From contig JBAXMW010000007.1 of assembly GCA_037134115.1 (NCBI GenBank), forward strand, positions 22,485 to 86,484: a DNA stretch of 64,000 bases, given 5' to 3'. Origin of the DNA: Gemmatimonadaceae bacterium (GTDB lineage: Bacteria > Gemmatimonadota > Gemmatimonadetes > Gemmatimonadales > Gemmatimonadaceae). Each line of letters begins with the position of its first letter. Position 1 is the stretch's first letter. The position numbers and the translations under genes are program-made. This document shows, one piece after another, positions 46,504-57,205 of the stretch. The notes under the pieces are model-generated. The model had not been told where the DNA came from. It saw only the letters and a list, made by a program, of their open reading frames with translations, and searched no databases.

Positions 46504-46597
46504 GCGGGCGAAGCTAACGGATGCCGCCGCGCGCGAACAGCCTTGCGCCGATGCGCCTCCTCCCACACGGTTCTGCCGTGTCCTGTCCTCCTTTTCC

Positions 46598-47422
46598 GTG
46601 ATCATCACCACGCCCCCGAGCTGGTGGCTGGCCGGCCTGTTGGCCAGCGCGATCGCCGCGTGGGGGTGGCGTCGCGGCAGCCTGCAACGGAACGGCGCGT
46701 TCACGGCCGCCGGGCTCGGGGCGCTCGCGCTCCGCACCGGTTGGGGCTGGGGGCTCTATCTGATCCTCTGGTTCGCGCTGGCCACGCTCGTCTCGCGGCT
46801 GGGCCGACGCACCAAGGCGTCACGCCTCGCCGCCGTGGTGGCCAAAGATGATCGGCGCGATCTCTGGCAGGTCCTCGCGAATGGCGGTCTGTTCGCCCTC
46901 TGCGCGAGTGCCCTGTGGCTGCCGAACCCGCCGTTGCCGCCGGACATTCTGGCCGTGGCCGGCGCTGCCGCGCTGGCAGCGACCGGCGCCGACACCTGGT
47001 CCACGGAAATCGGCACCTGGCTCGGTGGCACGCCGTGGTCCTTTCGCACCGGCGGCCGCGTGCCCCCAGGGAGCTCCGGGGCGGTGACGGTGGCGGGATC
47101 CGTGGGGGGCGTGGCGGGCGCCCTCGTCCTCGCGGGGGCGGCGCTCGCCGTCCGGTTGATTCCGCAGACCGCGTTCCTGCCGGTGGCGCTGGGAGGCGTG
47201 GCCGGCACATTGGCCGACACGCTCATTGGGGCGTGGTGGCAAGCTGACCGGTGGTGCCCGGCCTGCAAGACCGCAACCGAGCGCCCCGTGCATCGCTGCG
47301 GCACCGCCACGACCCATGCGCGCGGGCTGCAGTGGCTCGATAACGATCTCGTCAATTTGCTCTGTGGGGCGGTCGGCGCCCTGACCGCGGTCGTCCTCTC
47401 GGCGGTCCTCCTGACGGCGTAG
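46598..47422 (+). CDS. DUF92 (TMEM19/COG1836) membrane protein with a Cys/His insert
   Basis: 'RDLWQVLANGG', 'ADTWSTEIG', 'SGAVT..G', 'DTLIGA', 'CPAC..TE..VHRCG', 'LDNDLVN'. Confidence 0.88.
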   Translation: MIITTPPSWWLAGLLASAIAAWGWRRGSLQRNGAFTAAGLGALALRTGWGWGLYLILWFALATLVSRLGRRTKASRLAAVVAKDDRRDLWQVLANGGLFALCASALWLPNPPLPPDILAVAGAAALAATGADTWSTEIGTWLGGTPWSFRTGGRVPPGSSGAVTVAGSVGGVAGALVLAGAALAVRLIPQTAFLPVALGGVAGTLADTLIGAWWQADRWCPACKTATERPVHRCGTATTHARGLQWLDNDLVNLLCGAVGALTAVVLSAVLLTA

Positions 47423-47501
47423 CGCCGCGCGTCGATCAAGTGGGCGAGCATGAGGGCGCGCGCGTGGGATCCCTTTGCCCACGCGTTGCGTTGGAAGGGA
47501 C

Positions 47502-47981
47502 ATGTCGATCGATCCCAAACTCTTCCGCACCGTGCTGGGGCGCTTCGCCTCCGGTATCACCGTGATCACCGTCGTCGATGCCGCCGGGCGCGACCATGGC
47601 ATGACCGTCAGCGCGTTCTCCTCCGTCAGCCTCGATCCGCCGATCGTGCTGGTGTGCATTGACAACGACGCCACGATGGCGCCGGTCATGGATCAGGCGA
47701 CGACCTTCGCCGTGAACATCCTGAGCGAGGAGCAGACTGCACTGAGCCAGCGCTTTGCCTCGCGGATTGACGACCGCTTCGCCGAAGTGGCCTGCACACA
47801 CGGGGCGCATGGCACTGCGCTGCTGGATGGCGCACTTGCCACCCTCGAGTGCCGCATCGTGCAGCGGATCCCTGCCGGGGATCATGTCATTGTGCTGGGC
47901 GCCGTGGAACAGGCCGCCGCTCACGAAGGCGCGCCGCTGCTCTACTTCCGCAGCGGCTACGCCCAGCTCACCCGCGGCTAA
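47502..47981 (+). CDS. Flavin reductase family protein
   Basis: 'FRTVLGRFASGITV', 'GMTVSAFSSVSLDPP', 'AGDHVIVLG', 'PLLYFRSGY'. Confidence 0.92.
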   Translation: MSIDPKLFRTVLGRFASGITVITVVDAAGRDHGMTVSAFSSVSLDPPIVLVCIDNDATMAPVMDQATTFAVNILSEEQTALSQRFASRIDDRFAEVACTHGAHGTALLDGALATLECRIVQRIPAGDHVIVLGAVEQAAAHEGAPLLYFRSGYAQLTRG

Positions 47982-48518
47982 TCAGCCGGGGTACGCCTCG
48001 CGATAGCGCTGCATGCTGCGCTGCACGATGGCCATGGCAAACTCGCTCTTTTCCCAGCCCTGGATCTCGACGCGCTTCCCTTCGAGATCCTTGTAGATCC
48101 GGAAGAAGTGCTCCACTTCCTTCAGGTAATGCGGCGAGAGATCCGCAATATCGAAAACGTCGTGGTAGTACGGATCATCGGCCGGCACGGCGAGGATCTT
48201 GTCGTCCGGTTCCCCTTTGTCGAGCATCCGCAGGACGCCAATGGGCCGCGCCGTGATCTGACACCCCGGGAAGGTCGGCTCATTGATCTTCACGAGGATA
48301 TCCAGCGGATCATTGTCCTCGTGCAGCGTCTGCGGAATGAAACCGTAGTCGCTGGGATAATGCACCGCCGAATAGAGCACGCGATCGAGCTTGAGGTGCC
48401 CGGTCACTTTATCCAGCTCGTACTTGTTGCGCGAACCACCAGGGATCTCGATGATCGCAGTCACCTGCTCCGGCGGATGTGGCCCAGCGGGAATGTCGTG
48501 CCACGGATTGTGGAGCAT
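47982..48518 (-). CDS. ppa: Family I inorganic pyrophosphatase
   Basis: 'EIPGGSRNKYE', 'LDRVL', 'YP.DYGFIPQTL.EDNDPLD', 'DKGEPDDKI'. Confidence 0.95.
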   Translation of the reverse strand: MLHNPWHDIPAGPHPPEQVTAIIEIPGGSRNKYELDKVTGHLKLDRVLYSAVHYPSDYGFIPQTLHEDNDPLDILVKINEPTFPGCQITARPIGVLRMLDKGEPDDKILAVPADDPYYHDVFDIADLSPHYLKEVEHFFRIYKDLEGKRVEIQGWEKSEFAMAIVQRSMQRYREAYPG

Positions 48519-48532
48519 GCGCGGTGCCTCGG

Positions 48533-49543
48533 TCAGGGAGTGCGCAGGGCGGCAGCCGCCTCAAGCGCGAAATACGTAATGATCAGATCCGCACCAGCCC
48601 GCGCGATGGCCACCAGCGATTCCATCATCGCCCGATCGCCGTCAATCCACCCGCGTTCCGCTGCCGCCTTGATCATGGAATACTCGCCACTCACCTGATA
48701 CGCACACAACGGCAATCCGGTTTCCTGTTTGACCGCCGCAATGATGTCGAGATAGGCCCCGGCCGGCTTCACCATCAGGATATCCGCCCCTTCCGCCACA
48801 TCGAGCCGCACCTCGCGCAGTGCTTCCCGGGCATTGGCCGGATCCATCTGGTAGCTGCGGCGATCGCCAAACGACGGCGTCGACTCGGCTGCCTCACGAA
48901 ACGGCCCGTAAAACGCCGACGCATACTTGGCGGCGTAGCTCATGATCGGCACCTGCGTATACCCCGCCGCATCCAACGCCTGCCGCATATGCCCAATGCG
49001 TCCGTCCATCATATCGCTGGGCGCGACGATGTCCGCACCCGCTTCCGCATGGGCCACCGCTTCGCGCGACAACAACGTCAGCGTCGCGTCGTTGTCCACC
49101 TCACCCGACGGCGTCAGCAGCCCGCAGTGCCCGTGATCGGTGTACTCACACATGCACACATCGGTCACCACCAAGAGCTCTGGGAATTCACGCTTCACCG
49201 CGCGCACGGCACTGGCCACCGGGCCATGCGGATCCCAAGCCGACGAGCCGATCGCGTCCTTGGTGTCGGGGATCCCGAAGAGCAGAATGCCCCCAATGCG
49301 GGCCGCCACAGCCCGCTCGGCATCACGCAGCAGTTCGTCCACCGACGTCTGAAAGACCCCGGGCATCGACCCAATGGGGGCGCGGATGCCGCTCCCCGAC
49401 CGCACAAAGAGCGGCCAAAGGAACTGTGCCGGATCGAGCCGCGTCTCCCGCACCACGCGACGGATCGCGTCAGTGCGCCGGAGCCGACGGGGGCGCACGA
49501 CCAGCGACGGGTGTGACGCGCCCGATTCTGCCGAGTGGCTCAT
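48533..49543 (-). CDS. hemB: Porphobilinogen synthase (Zn type)
   Basis: 'RPRRLR', '[14 protein letters not shown]', 'APSDMMDGR', 'YAAKYAS.FYGPFR', 'MVKPA', 'YQVSGEYSM'. Confidence 0.97.
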   Translation of the reverse strand: MSHSAESGASHPSLVVRPRRLRRTDAIRRVVRETRLDPAQFLWPLFVRSGSGIRAPIGSMPGVFQTSVDELLRDAERAVAARIGGILLFGIPDTKDAIGSSAWDPHGPVASAVRAVKREFPELLVVTDVCMCEYTDHGHCGLLTPSGEVDNDATLTLLSREAVAHAEAGADIVAPSDMMDGRIGHMRQALDAAGYTQVPIMSYAAKYASAFYGPFREAAESTPSFGDRRSYQMDPANAREALREVRLDVAEGADILMVKPAGAYLDIIAAVKQETGLPLCAYQVSGEYSMIKAAAERGWIDGDRAMMESLVAIARAGADLIITYFALEAAAALRTP

Positions 49544-50469
49544 GCGCGGAGCTCCGCGAGAATGGCGTCGCCGCCGTTCGCATGGAGCTGCGCCGCCAGC
49601 GCTTCCCCGGCCGCCACCGGATGCGCGGGATCGACCGGCAGCGTGCCGCGCACCACCCGCGTGCCATCCACCGACGCGATCACGCCATGCAAGTGATGCG
49701 CGCCATGGTCCGACAACATCACGGCACCGATCGGCACCTGACAGCCCCCTTCGAGCGCCGCCAGCAGCGCGCGTTCGGCCGTCACGGCCACCCGTGTTGG
49801 CGGATGATCGAGGGCTTCGAGAATGGCCCGCATAGGCGCGTCATCGATTCGCGCCTGCACCGCGATTGCTCCCTGCCCCGGTGCCGACAGCCAGTTCGGC
49901 GGATCGAGCAACGAGACAATCCGGTCACCAAGCCCCAAGCGACGCAGCCCGGCCGCGGCGAGCAGCGCGGCATCCACCACCCCCTCGTCAATCTTGCGGA
50001 GGCGTGTGCCGACGTTGCCGCGGAGCTCCTGAACATCGAGATCCGACCGGAGCGCCCGCAGCTGCGCCCGACGGCGGAGCGACGACGTGCCCACGCGCGC
50101 GCCATGCGGCAACTCGGCAAGCGTCCGGGCGGTGACGCCGGGCCCCGTGACGAAGGCATCGCGCGGATCCTCGCGCTCGAGCAGCGCGACCAGCATGAGG
50201 CCGGCCGGGTCGGCGGTGGGGAGATCCTTGAGCGAGTGGACCGCGCAATCGGTGCGGCCGGTCAGAAGATCGGCCTCAAGCTCCGCGGTGAAGAGGCCTT
50301 TCTCACCGATGGCGGCGAGCGGCTTGTCGAGGATGCGATCCCCGATGGTCGTGTAAGTCACCAGTTCACTGGCAACGCCCCGGTCAGCGAGCATCGCCGC
50401 CACCAAGCGTGCCTGACGCAGCGCCAATTCCGACGAGCGTGTGCCGATTCGTACGACAGGTTGGGTCAT
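49540..50469 (-). CDS. hemC: Hydroxymethylbilane synthase
   Basis: '[13 protein letters not shown]', 'KGLFTAELE', 'VHSLKDLP', 'GTSSLRR', 'RGNV.TRL', '[10 protein letters not shown]'. Confidence 0.97.
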   Translation of the reverse strand: MTQPVVRIGTRSSELALRQARLVAAMLADRGVASELVTYTTIGDRILDKPLAAIGEKGLFTAELEADLLTGRTDCAVHSLKDLPTADPAGLMLVALLEREDPRDAFVTGPGVTARTLAELPHGARVGTSSLRRRAQLRALRSDLDVQELRGNVGTRLRKIDEGVVDAALLAAAGLRRLGLGDRIVSLLDPPNWLSAPGQGAIAVQARIDDAPMRAILEALDHPPTRVAVTAERALLAALEGGCQVPIGAVMLSDHGAHHLHGVIASVDGTRVVRGTLPVDPAHPVAAGEALAAQLHANGGDAILAELRA

Positions 50470-50472
50470 GGC

Positions 50473-51258
50473 CTATTCTACCGCGCCGGGCAGTCCCCCG
50501 CGACGCCGGACGGCCACAATGCTGCGCACCAGCGCCGCCGGTGTGGCACTGTCGGCCTCCACCGCCACCGGAAAGCCCGCCATACGGGCCGCACGGGCCG
50601 TCACGGGGCCAATGCAGGCCACCGGCATTCGCCGAGCATGCTCCGGGGGCAGTGCATCCTGCAGCGCGTCCACGGCGCTCGGGGCGGCCACGGTCACGAG
50701 ATCAATGCCCCCCCGCACCGCGAGTGCGCGGAGCCGATCCTGCCCCGCATGATCGGGAGCGCTGTGGTAGACCGGCACGAGGTCGACGGTCGCGCCCAAG
50801 GCCCGGAGCCCGGCCGGCAAGACATCACGAGCACCAGCGGCCGCCGGATACAGCACCCGGGCCCCCTCGATATCGCTCCGGGCCGCGAGGGCATCGAGCA
50901 CCGCCTCGGCGACGAAGCGCTCGGGCATAACGGTGACCGTCCATCCGGCCGCGAGCGCGGCGTCGGCGGTCGCGCGTCCCACCACCGCCAACTGGCATGG
51001 GGACAGGCTGTAGCGCCCCTGGGCCTGAAGCGCGTCGGCGAGGAAGCGGACCGCATTCACGCTGGTGAGAATCACCCACCGGTACTGCTCCCAGTGCGCC
51101 ACCGCCTCCGCGAGCGGTGCGGGATCCAGCGCTTCAATCCGCGTCAGCGGGATATCCACCACCTCGGCGCCTTCCGCAGCGAGGGCGTCGGCGAGCGGAC
51201 CGCTCCGCCCATCGGCGCGCGTCACCGCAATGCGCAGCCCGTCGAGTGCGCGCGCCAC
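50473..51258 (-). CDS. hemD: Uroporphyrinogen-III synthase
   Basis: GTG start; 'LRIAVTRA', 'WVILTSVNAV', 'VGRATA', 'PERFVAEA', 'VPVY', 'ACIGPVTA'. Confidence 0.88.
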   Translation of the reverse strand: MARALDGLRIAVTRADGRSGPLADALAAEGAEVVDIPLTRIEALDPAPLAEAVAHWEQYRWVILTSVNAVRFLADALQAQGRYSLSPCQLAVVGRATADAALAAGWTVTVMPERFVAEAVLDALAARSDIEGARVLYPAAAGARDVLPAGLRALGATVDLVPVYHSAPDHAGQDRLRALAVRGGIDLVTVAAPSAVDALQDALPPEHARRMPVACIGPVTARAARMAGFPVAVEADSATPAALVRSIVAVRRRGGLPGAVE

Positions 51259-51266
51259 CGGTGTGC

Positions 51267-51473
51267 TCAGCGCGCCGCCGCGCGCGCGCGTTCGCGGGCC
51301 ATACGCCGCAGCAGAATCACGAGGTACACCGCGTAGATCCCAATCGCGATGGCGTACGCCGCCGTGCGATAGGCGCCATTGTCTGGCGGTCCGCCCGGCC
51401 GCGTGACATAGGCGGCCCCACTGTCTTGGAGAGCGGTGATTGCCGAGGTCGAGGATGCCGTGGTGGTCATCAT
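51267..51473 (-). CDS. ccmD: CcmD-like single-TM heme exporter subunit
   Basis: 68 aa directly after ccmC; single TM 'AYAIAIGIYAVYLVILL' followed by a basic tail 'RRMARERARAAAR'. Confidence 0.65.
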   Translation of the reverse strand: MMTTTASSTSAITALQDSGAAYVTRPGGPPDNGAYRTAAYAIAIGIYAVYLVILLRRMARERARAAAR

Positions 51474-52183
51474 ACGCTCTGGCGCTCCAGATTCGCGTCA
51501 CGCAACGTCGCCCACCGCACCCGCAGCCGCAGCAACGCCGCAAAGAGCAGGATGAACGCCATCGTGGACATGCCGAAAGTCGACAGCATCTGCCCCGACA
51601 TGCTGGGCGCGCTGGGCTTGAGCACCACCGGTGTCGGATGCATGGTGCGGAAGAGATAGACGGTCAGGTGGATAAACGGCACGAGCAACGTGGCCAATCC
51701 ACCCATCACCGCGGAGAGTCGCGCCCGCGCCTGCGGCTCCTCAATGGCACCACGCAAGACGAGGTATGCCACGAAGAGGAACCAGAAAAAGAGCGTACTG
51801 GTGAGGCGGGCATCCCAGACCCACCAGGTCCCCCACGCGGTCTTCCCCCAGAGCGGCCCGGTCGCGAGCACAATCGACAGGAACACCACGGCGATCTCGG
51901 CGGACGACTCCGCGATGCGATCGAGGCGCGGATCCTTGAGCCAGAGATACATCAAACTCGAAATCGCGACGAGCCCCGAAGCGAAGTACAGCCCCACGAT
52001 CGCCGCCGGCGCGTGGAGATACAGAATCTTCTGGGCCGGCCCCTGCATGGCATCCACCGGCGTGAACGCCAGCGCGCGCACGATCACCCCAGCGCAGGCC
52101 ACGAGCGCCACGATCAGCAATCCATCCACTCCACCGCGCGCAGCGGGCGGCGCAGGCGCTGCCCCCGGAAGCGAAACCGCCAT
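51470..52183 (-). CDS. ccmC: Heme chaperone/exporter CcmC
   Basis: 'YLHAP', WWD motif 'GPLWGKTAWGTWWVWDARLT', 'PFIHLTV', 'MHP'. Confidence 0.93.
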   Translation of the reverse strand: MAVSLPGAAPAPPAARGGVDGLLIVALVACAGVIVRALAFTPVDAMQGPAQKILYLHAPAAIVGLYFASGLVAISSLMYLWLKDPRLDRIAESSAEIAVVFLSIVLATGPLWGKTAWGTWWVWDARLTSTLFFWFLFVAYLVLRGAIEEPQARARLSAVMGGLATLLVPFIHLTVYLFRTMHPTPVVLKPSAPSMSGQMLSTFGMSTMAFILLFAALLRLRVRWATLRDANLERQSV

Positions 52184-52196
52184 CGAAAACCTCGTG

Positions 52197-52907
52197 CTAC
52201 TCGTCGAGCGTATAGGGGAACGCGACCGTGCAGGCCGCGACGAACACCAGATCGAACGCTACCAACATCTTGATCCAGCTTGCCACATCGCTCACCGGAC
52301 GTCCAGCCAACAGCAGCGCCGTGGCCTGCGCCGCAGGAATCACCACCGGCACAAAGAAAGGGAGCGCGAGCATCGGGAGCAACATCTCGGCCAGGCGCGT
52401 ATTGGACGCGACCGCGGCGAAGAGCGTCCCCACCGCCGTGAGCCCAATCATGGCGAGCACGGCCACCCCCACGACGCTCCACCACCATGCGCCAGCGGGG
52501 AGATCAAAGAAGAGCGCGATCGCCGGAATCGTCAGCGCCTGGACCAGCGCCACAAAGACGAGATTCGCCAATGCCTTCCCCGCAAAGACCGCCTCCCGCG
52601 ACATCGGCGACGCCAGCATCGCATCCATCGCCCGATCGGCCAGCTCCACCCCAAAGGAGCGGTTGAGTCCCAGCAGTCCGGAGAAGGTGAAGATCACCCA
52701 CAGCACCGGCGGCGCGAGATCAATCGCCGGCACTGCGGTGGCATCCCACGTGAAGCGGAAAATCGCCACGGAGAGCACCGCGAACACCGCGGCCGCCAGA
52801 AAGGCACTCCGCGTCCGGAATTCGATCAACAGATCCTTGCGGGCGATGCGCCAGCTGTCGGCCAGAAAGCCCGGCACCCGCACCGCGGGACGCGAAGCGA
52901 TCGTCAT
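52197..52907 (-). CDS. ccmB: Heme exporter permease CcmB
   Basis: 'RKDLLIEFR', 'LNRSFGVE', 'GKALAN', 'LLPMLALPFFVPVVI'. Confidence 0.92.
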   Translation of the reverse strand: MTIASRPAVRVPGFLADSWRIARKDLLIEFRTRSAFLAAAVFAVLSVAIFRFTWDATAVPAIDLAPPVLWVIFTFSGLLGLNRSFGVELADRAMDAMLASPMSREAVFAGKALANLVFVALVQALTIPAIALFFDLPAGAWWWSVVGVAVLAMIGLTAVGTLFAAVASNTRLAEMLLPMLALPFFVPVVIPAAQATALLLAGRPVSDVASWIKMLVAFDLVFVAACTVAFPYTLDE

Positions 52908-53716
52908 GCGCCCCCCGCCATCACGAGGTCGCGATAGCGCTCCGCAAACGCCTGCGTCGAGGCGAGGCCGTTGGCACTCACGCGGTCGTCGGCCGCCGCG
53001 GTGACCGCTTCGGTCGCGACAATCGTCCCGCGCAGCATGATCGCCGCCTCGGTCGCAAAGGCAAGCCCCTCGCCAAGGTGATGCGTGACCAGCACCAGCG
53101 TCGCGCCATCGTTGCGCAACGCCCGCAGCGCATCGGTCAGCGCCCGGGCGCCCACGTCATCGAGCCCCGTGTACGGTTCATCGAGCAGCACGAGCCGCGG
53201 TTGATGCACTAAGGCCCGGGCAATCGAGACGCGCTGTTGCAGCCCACGGCTCAGGAGCCGCACCGGCGTGTCCGCCCGATCGAGCACCTGCAGTCGCTCC
53301 AGCGCCGCCGTCGTGGCCGCATCGGCCTCCACGAGCCCCTGACATTCGGCCGCGAAGCGCACGTTCTCGCGCGCCGTCAGCGCCGCGTAGAGCATGCTGT
53401 GGTGCGAGATGAGGCCAATCAGACGCCGCACCGCGCCATCCCCCGGCAAGCGGTGCCCGGCGAGCGTCACGGTGCCACTGGTGGGCTTGAGCAGCCCGCC
53501 AAGCATGCGGAGGAGCGTCGTCTTGCCAGCGCCGTTCGGGCCAAAGAGCGCCAGGCAGGCGCCGGGGGCCAACGCGAGCGACACGCCATCGACGGCCGCG
53601 CGCGCGCCAAAGCGGCGGACCAGCCCATCGGCAATGAGCGCCGCAGGAGCGGGGGCCGCCGGGGCGGTCGCCTCAGGTCGGGGCGTCGCGATCGACATAT
53701 CGACAGGCACGGACAT
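52904..53716 (-). CDS. ccmA: Heme exporter ATP-binding protein CcmA
   Basis: 'GPNGAGKTT', 'LSRGLQQR', 'LLDEPYTGLD'; overlaps ccmB. Confidence 0.9.
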   Translation of the reverse strand: MSVPVDMSIATPRPEATAPAAPAPAALIADGLVRRFGARAAVDGVSLALAPGACLALFGPNGAGKTTLLRMLGGLLKPTSGTVTLAGHRLPGDGAVRRLIGLISHHSMLYAALTARENVRFAAECQGLVEADAATTAALERLQVLDRADTPVRLLSRGLQQRVSIARALVHQPRLVLLDEPYTGLDDVGARALTDALRALRNDGATLVLVTHHLGEGLAFATEAAIMLRGTIVATEAVTAAADDRVSANGLASTQAFAERYRDLVMAGGA

Positions 53717-53849
53717 GCGCGAAGTGTAGCACGGCAGCGCCTCGGCTGCCTGTAGGTGGCCTGTTGCTGGGGGGATTCACGGACTGCACCTTTGACGGAT
53801 GCCAACCGGCCCACCCCAGGGCCGCTTGCCTCCCCTTTCGGTCCGTGTC

Positions 53850-55811
53850 ATGAGCGATATCGACGTCCTGCTGCAGGAGCACCGCCGGTTCCCCCCGCCG
53901 GAAGGCTTCCGGGCCACCGCCCGGGTGGCCACCAACCGACTGGCCGATGATGCCGCCATGGACCCGCTGGCCTTCTGGGCACGGGAGGCGCAGGAGCTGA
54001 CCTGGAGCCGGCCATGGGATACGGTCCTCGAATGGACCCCGCCGCACGCCCGCTGGTTTGACGGTGGCGAACTCAATGTCAGCGTGAATTGCGTCGACCG
54101 GCATATCCACGGCCCGCGTCGCAACAAGGCGGCGCTGATCTGGGAGGGGGAGCCCGGCGACCGGCGCACCTACACCTACTGGGACCTGTACCGCGAGGTG
54201 AATCTCGCGGCGAACATGCTCAAAAAGCTCGGGGTCAAGAAAGGCGACCGGGTGGCGATCTACCTGCCCATGATCCCCGAGGCAGTGATCGCGATGCTCG
54301 CATGCACGCGCATCGGTGCCGTCCACACGGTGGTCTTTGGCGGCTTCTCCCCCGAATCGCTCCGCGACCGGATCAACGATTGCGGCTGCACGGTGCTCAT
54401 CACCGCCGACGGTGGCTTTCGGCGCGGCCAGATCGTGCCGCTCAAGCGCAACGCCGATGCGGCACTCGCCGAATGCCCCACGGTCCAGCACGTCCTCGTC
54501 GTCCAGCGGCAACCCGGTGGGACCGCCGAGATGTATGCCGAGATGCGCGAAGGGCGCGATCACTGGTGGCATCGGCTGCAGCATGAGGTGCCGGCCCTCT
54601 GCGCACCGGAACCGATGGCGGCGGAAGATCTGCTGTTCATCCTGTACACCTCCGGGACGACCGGGAAGCCGAAGGGGATCGTGCACACCACCGGGGGCTA
54701 TCTCACCGGGGCGTATGCCACCGCCAAATACGTCTTCGACTTGAAAGAGGAGGACGTGTACTGGTGCACCGCCGACATCGGCTGGATCACCGGGCATTCG
54801 TATCTGGTCTACGGCCCCCTCGCCAACGGCGCGACCTGTGTGGTGTATGAGGGCGCGCCAGACTGGCCGGAGAAGGACCGCTTCTGGACCATCTGCGAGC
54901 GGTACGGTGTGACGATTTTCTACACGGCCCCGACGGCGATTCGCGCGTTCATGAAATGGGGGGACGCCTACGTCACTGGGCATGATCTCTCCCAGCTGCG
55001 ACTCCTCGGCTCGGTCGGTGAACCGATCAATCCTGAGGCGTGGATGTGGTACCACGAGGTGATCGGGAAAGGCCGCTGCCCCATCGTGGATACGTGGTGG
55101 CAAACGGAGACGGGCGCGATCATGATTTCGCCGCTCCCAGGGGTTACTCACACGACACCTGGCTCTGCCACCACGCCGTTCCCGGGGACACAGGTCACCC
55201 TGCTCGACTCCGCCGGCAACGAGGTCACGGTGGGCGGCGGCCTGCTGGCGATCACGCGGCCGTGGCCGTCGATGCTTCGCACGATCTGGGGCGACGATCA
55301 GCGCTACGTGGACACCTACTTCAGCAAGTGGCCCGGACGCCCCGACGTGTACTTCCCCGGCGACGGGGCGAAGCGCGACGAGCATGGCAATCTTTGGATT
55401 CTCGGGCGCGTGGACGACGTGCTCAATGTCGCGGGCCATCGCATCGGCACGATGGAAGTCGAAAGCGCGCTGGTCGACCACCCCGCGGTGGCCGAAGCGG
55501 CGGTGGTGGGCAAGGTGCACGAACTCAAGGGGCAGGCCATCGCGGCCTTTGTGACGCTGCGGGCTGGCTCGCACGCCAGCTCTGCCCTGCGTGATGAACT
55601 GCGCGAGCACGTCGCACGGAAGATCGGGGCGCTGGCCCGTCCTGATGACATTTTGTTCAGCGCCGACCTGCCGAAGACGCGCTCGGGGAAAATCATGCGT
55701 CGCCTGTTACGCGATATCGCCGAAGGGCGGGCCCTCGGCGATACCACCACGCTCGCCGATCCGGGGGTCGTGGCCTCGCTGAAAGATCAGTACGAAGCGC
55801 AGGAGTCCTGA
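53850..55811 (+). CDS. acs: Acetyl-CoA synthetase
   Basis: '[11 protein letters not shown]', '[14 protein letters not shown]', 'DTWWQTETG', 'GRVDDV', '[12 protein letters not shown]'. Confidence 0.97.
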   Translation: MSDIDVLLQEHRRFPPPEGFRATARVATNRLADDAAMDPLAFWAREAQELTWSRPWDTVLEWTPPHARWFDGGELNVSVNCVDRHIHGPRRNKAALIWEGEPGDRRTYTYWDLYREVNLAANMLKKLGVKKGDRVAIYLPMIPEAVIAMLACTRIGAVHTVVFGGFSPESLRDRINDCGCTVLITADGGFRRGQIVPLKRNADAALAECPTVQHVLVVQRQPGGTAEMYAEMREGRDHWWHRLQHEVPALCAPEPMAAEDLLFILYTSGTTGKPKGIVHTTGGYLTGAYATAKYVFDLKEEDVYWCTADIGWITGHSYLVYGPLANGATCVVYEGAPDWPEKDRFWTICERYGVTIFYTAPTAIRAFMKWGDAYVTGHDLSQLRLLGSVGEPINPEAWMWYHEVIGKGRCPIVDTWWQTETGAIMISPLPGVTHTTPGSATTPFPGTQVTLLDSAGNEVTVGGGLLAITRPWPSMLRTIWGDDQRYVDTYFSKWPGRPDVYFPGDGAKRDEHGNLWILGRVDDVLNVAGHRIGTMEVESALVDHPAVAEAAVVGKVHELKGQAIAAFVTLRAGSHASSALRDELREHVARKIGALARPDDILFSADLPKTRSGKIMRRLLRDIAEGRALGDTTTLADPGVVASLKDQYEAQES

Positions 55812-55826
55812 GCGCAGGAGTCCTGA
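55797..55826. repeat. Exact 15-bp tandem duplication containing the acs stop codon
   Basis: GCGCAGGAGTCCTGA x2. Confidence 0.95.
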
Positions 55827-55854
55827 GGCGCGCACGCGGCGGCCCCAGAACGAC

Positions 55855-55889
55855 GACCGCCCCGCCGGCATGGTGCCGACGGGGCGGTC
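55855..55889. terminator. Hairpin between convergent acs and the dsbA-like gene
   Basis: GACCGCCCCG-cCGGCA-tgg-TGCCGa-CGGGGCGGTC. Confidence 0.7.
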
Positions 55890-55910
55890 TGTGTGACGCG
55901 AGCGGCCGAC

Positions 55911-56663
55911 TTACTTCGCGGCCGGCGCCTTGATGTCTGCCTTGGCGTCCGTCTTGGCCGCACCCGGCACCGGCTTGCCGGAGACAGCGGCGAGCGAGTC
56001 CACGAGCTTCCGGAGTTCGTCGAAGCGGAGGCCACCGGCGTACATCTGGTCGCCGATCACGAGCGTCGGCGTGGACGAGACGCCGCGTTCGATCCCGGCC
56101 TGCTGATGCGCCTGGATGCGCGGCAGGTTCTTCTGCGAATCGAAGCAGGTGGCGTAGGCGGCCATGTCGAGCCCCACCTGCTGCGCCAGCCCGTCGAGCA
56201 CCTTGCGCGGGTTCTCGGTCGCCTGCGTGTTCCACTGATCCTGCGCCGCAAAGATCGCGTCATGCAGCTCCCAGAACTTCCCCTGATCCGCGGCACAGGA
56301 GGCGGCCAGCGAGGCGGCCAGCGTGTTCTTGTGGACCTGCGTGAGCGGGAAATCGAAGAAGCGGAAATTGGCGAGGCCGGCGTCGATCAGCCGAGCCCGG
56401 ATGTCCGGCTCCTCGACCGCCGCAAAGCGGCCACAGCCGGGGCATTCAAAGTCCGCGAATTCGATGATCGTGACCGGGGCGTCCGGGTTGCCACGCAGGT
56501 ACCCCTCCGCCTTCGGGAGGGTCGCGGCGGCCGCGTTCAGGGTAATCGGCTTGGGCTTCGCGCCCTGCACCACATACCAGAGCACCCCGGCGCCGGAGAG
56601 CGCGACCAGCAGCAACAGGGCGTAAAAGCGCGACGGAGACTTGTTCGGGGTAACCTTGGCCAC
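55911..56663 (-). CDS. Membrane-anchored DsbA/BdbD-family thioredoxin-fold oxidoreductase
   Basis: N-terminal TM segment; 'EFADFECPGC', 'DQGKFWELHD', cis-Pro loop 'GVSSTPT'. Confidence 0.9.
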   Translation of the reverse strand: MAKVTPNKSPSRFYALLLLVALSGAGVLWYVVQGAKPKPITLNAAAATLPKAEGYLRGNPDAPVTIIEFADFECPGCGRFAAVEEPDIRARLIDAGLANFRFFDFPLTQVHKNTLAASLAASCAADQGKFWELHDAIFAAQDQWNTQATENPRKVLDGLAQQVGLDMAAYATCFDSQKNLPRIQAHQQAGIERGVSSTPTLVIGDQMYAGGLRFDELRKLVDSLAAVSGKPVPGAAKTDAKADIKAPAAK

Positions 56664-56884
56664 ACGCACTCCTGATCGTCAGCCGGCGCGGGAGCCGGAC
56701 GGGGTCCTGGGGGTCCGGCAGGCCCATCACCGGCCGGGGAAACGCCCGTCAAGCTACGAACCGGGCGCCCGGCTGGCTACGGGGGGTGCGCCACTGGTGA
56801 AGAATGATGTCACACTGGTTAGATTACCCATGCTGGCGGAAAATCCGCCCAGCCACGGTTTTTTCGACGTACTTCCCAGAGGAC

Positions 56885-57166
56885 ATGGCCAAACCGAAGC
56901 TTCGTCCGCGTCGTGACAGTATGATGCCCTCGGCCTTTCAAGAGTGCCGCGATGAGCTGTTCCAGCAGATCATGCAGTGTGGCGTTATCGGATGTCACCC
57001 GGACGACCAGAAGGAGTGGTTCGACAACACGTTGCAGTATTTGACCGGTCGCTATCCGGAGCTGTCCAGCACGGAATTCGGCGAGTTGCGGACCCTCGGT
57101 GAGCGCTTCGCCCAGCCGCCCCGTTCGCAAGCCCAAGCGCAGGTTCAGGAACCCGCGGCGCTGTAA
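56885..57166 (+). CDS. Small hypothetical protein (93 aa)
   Basis: AGAGGA RBS, ordered-looking sequence, followed by a strong terminator. Confidence 0.75.
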   Translation: MAKPKLRPRRDSMMPSAFQECRDELFQQIMQCGVIGCHPDDQKEWFDNTLQYLTGRYPELSSTEFGELRTLGERFAQPPRSQAQAQVQEPAAL

Positions 57167-57205
57167 CCAGCCGGCCCGCCTGACCGTCGCGCGACGCACG
57201 ACTTT

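Noticed and set aside
50473-51543. 356-aa ORF suggesting an N-terminally extended or fused HemD
   Set aside because: The extension overlaps ccmC and ccmD in other frames and is not protein-like. HemD homology begins at GTG 51258.
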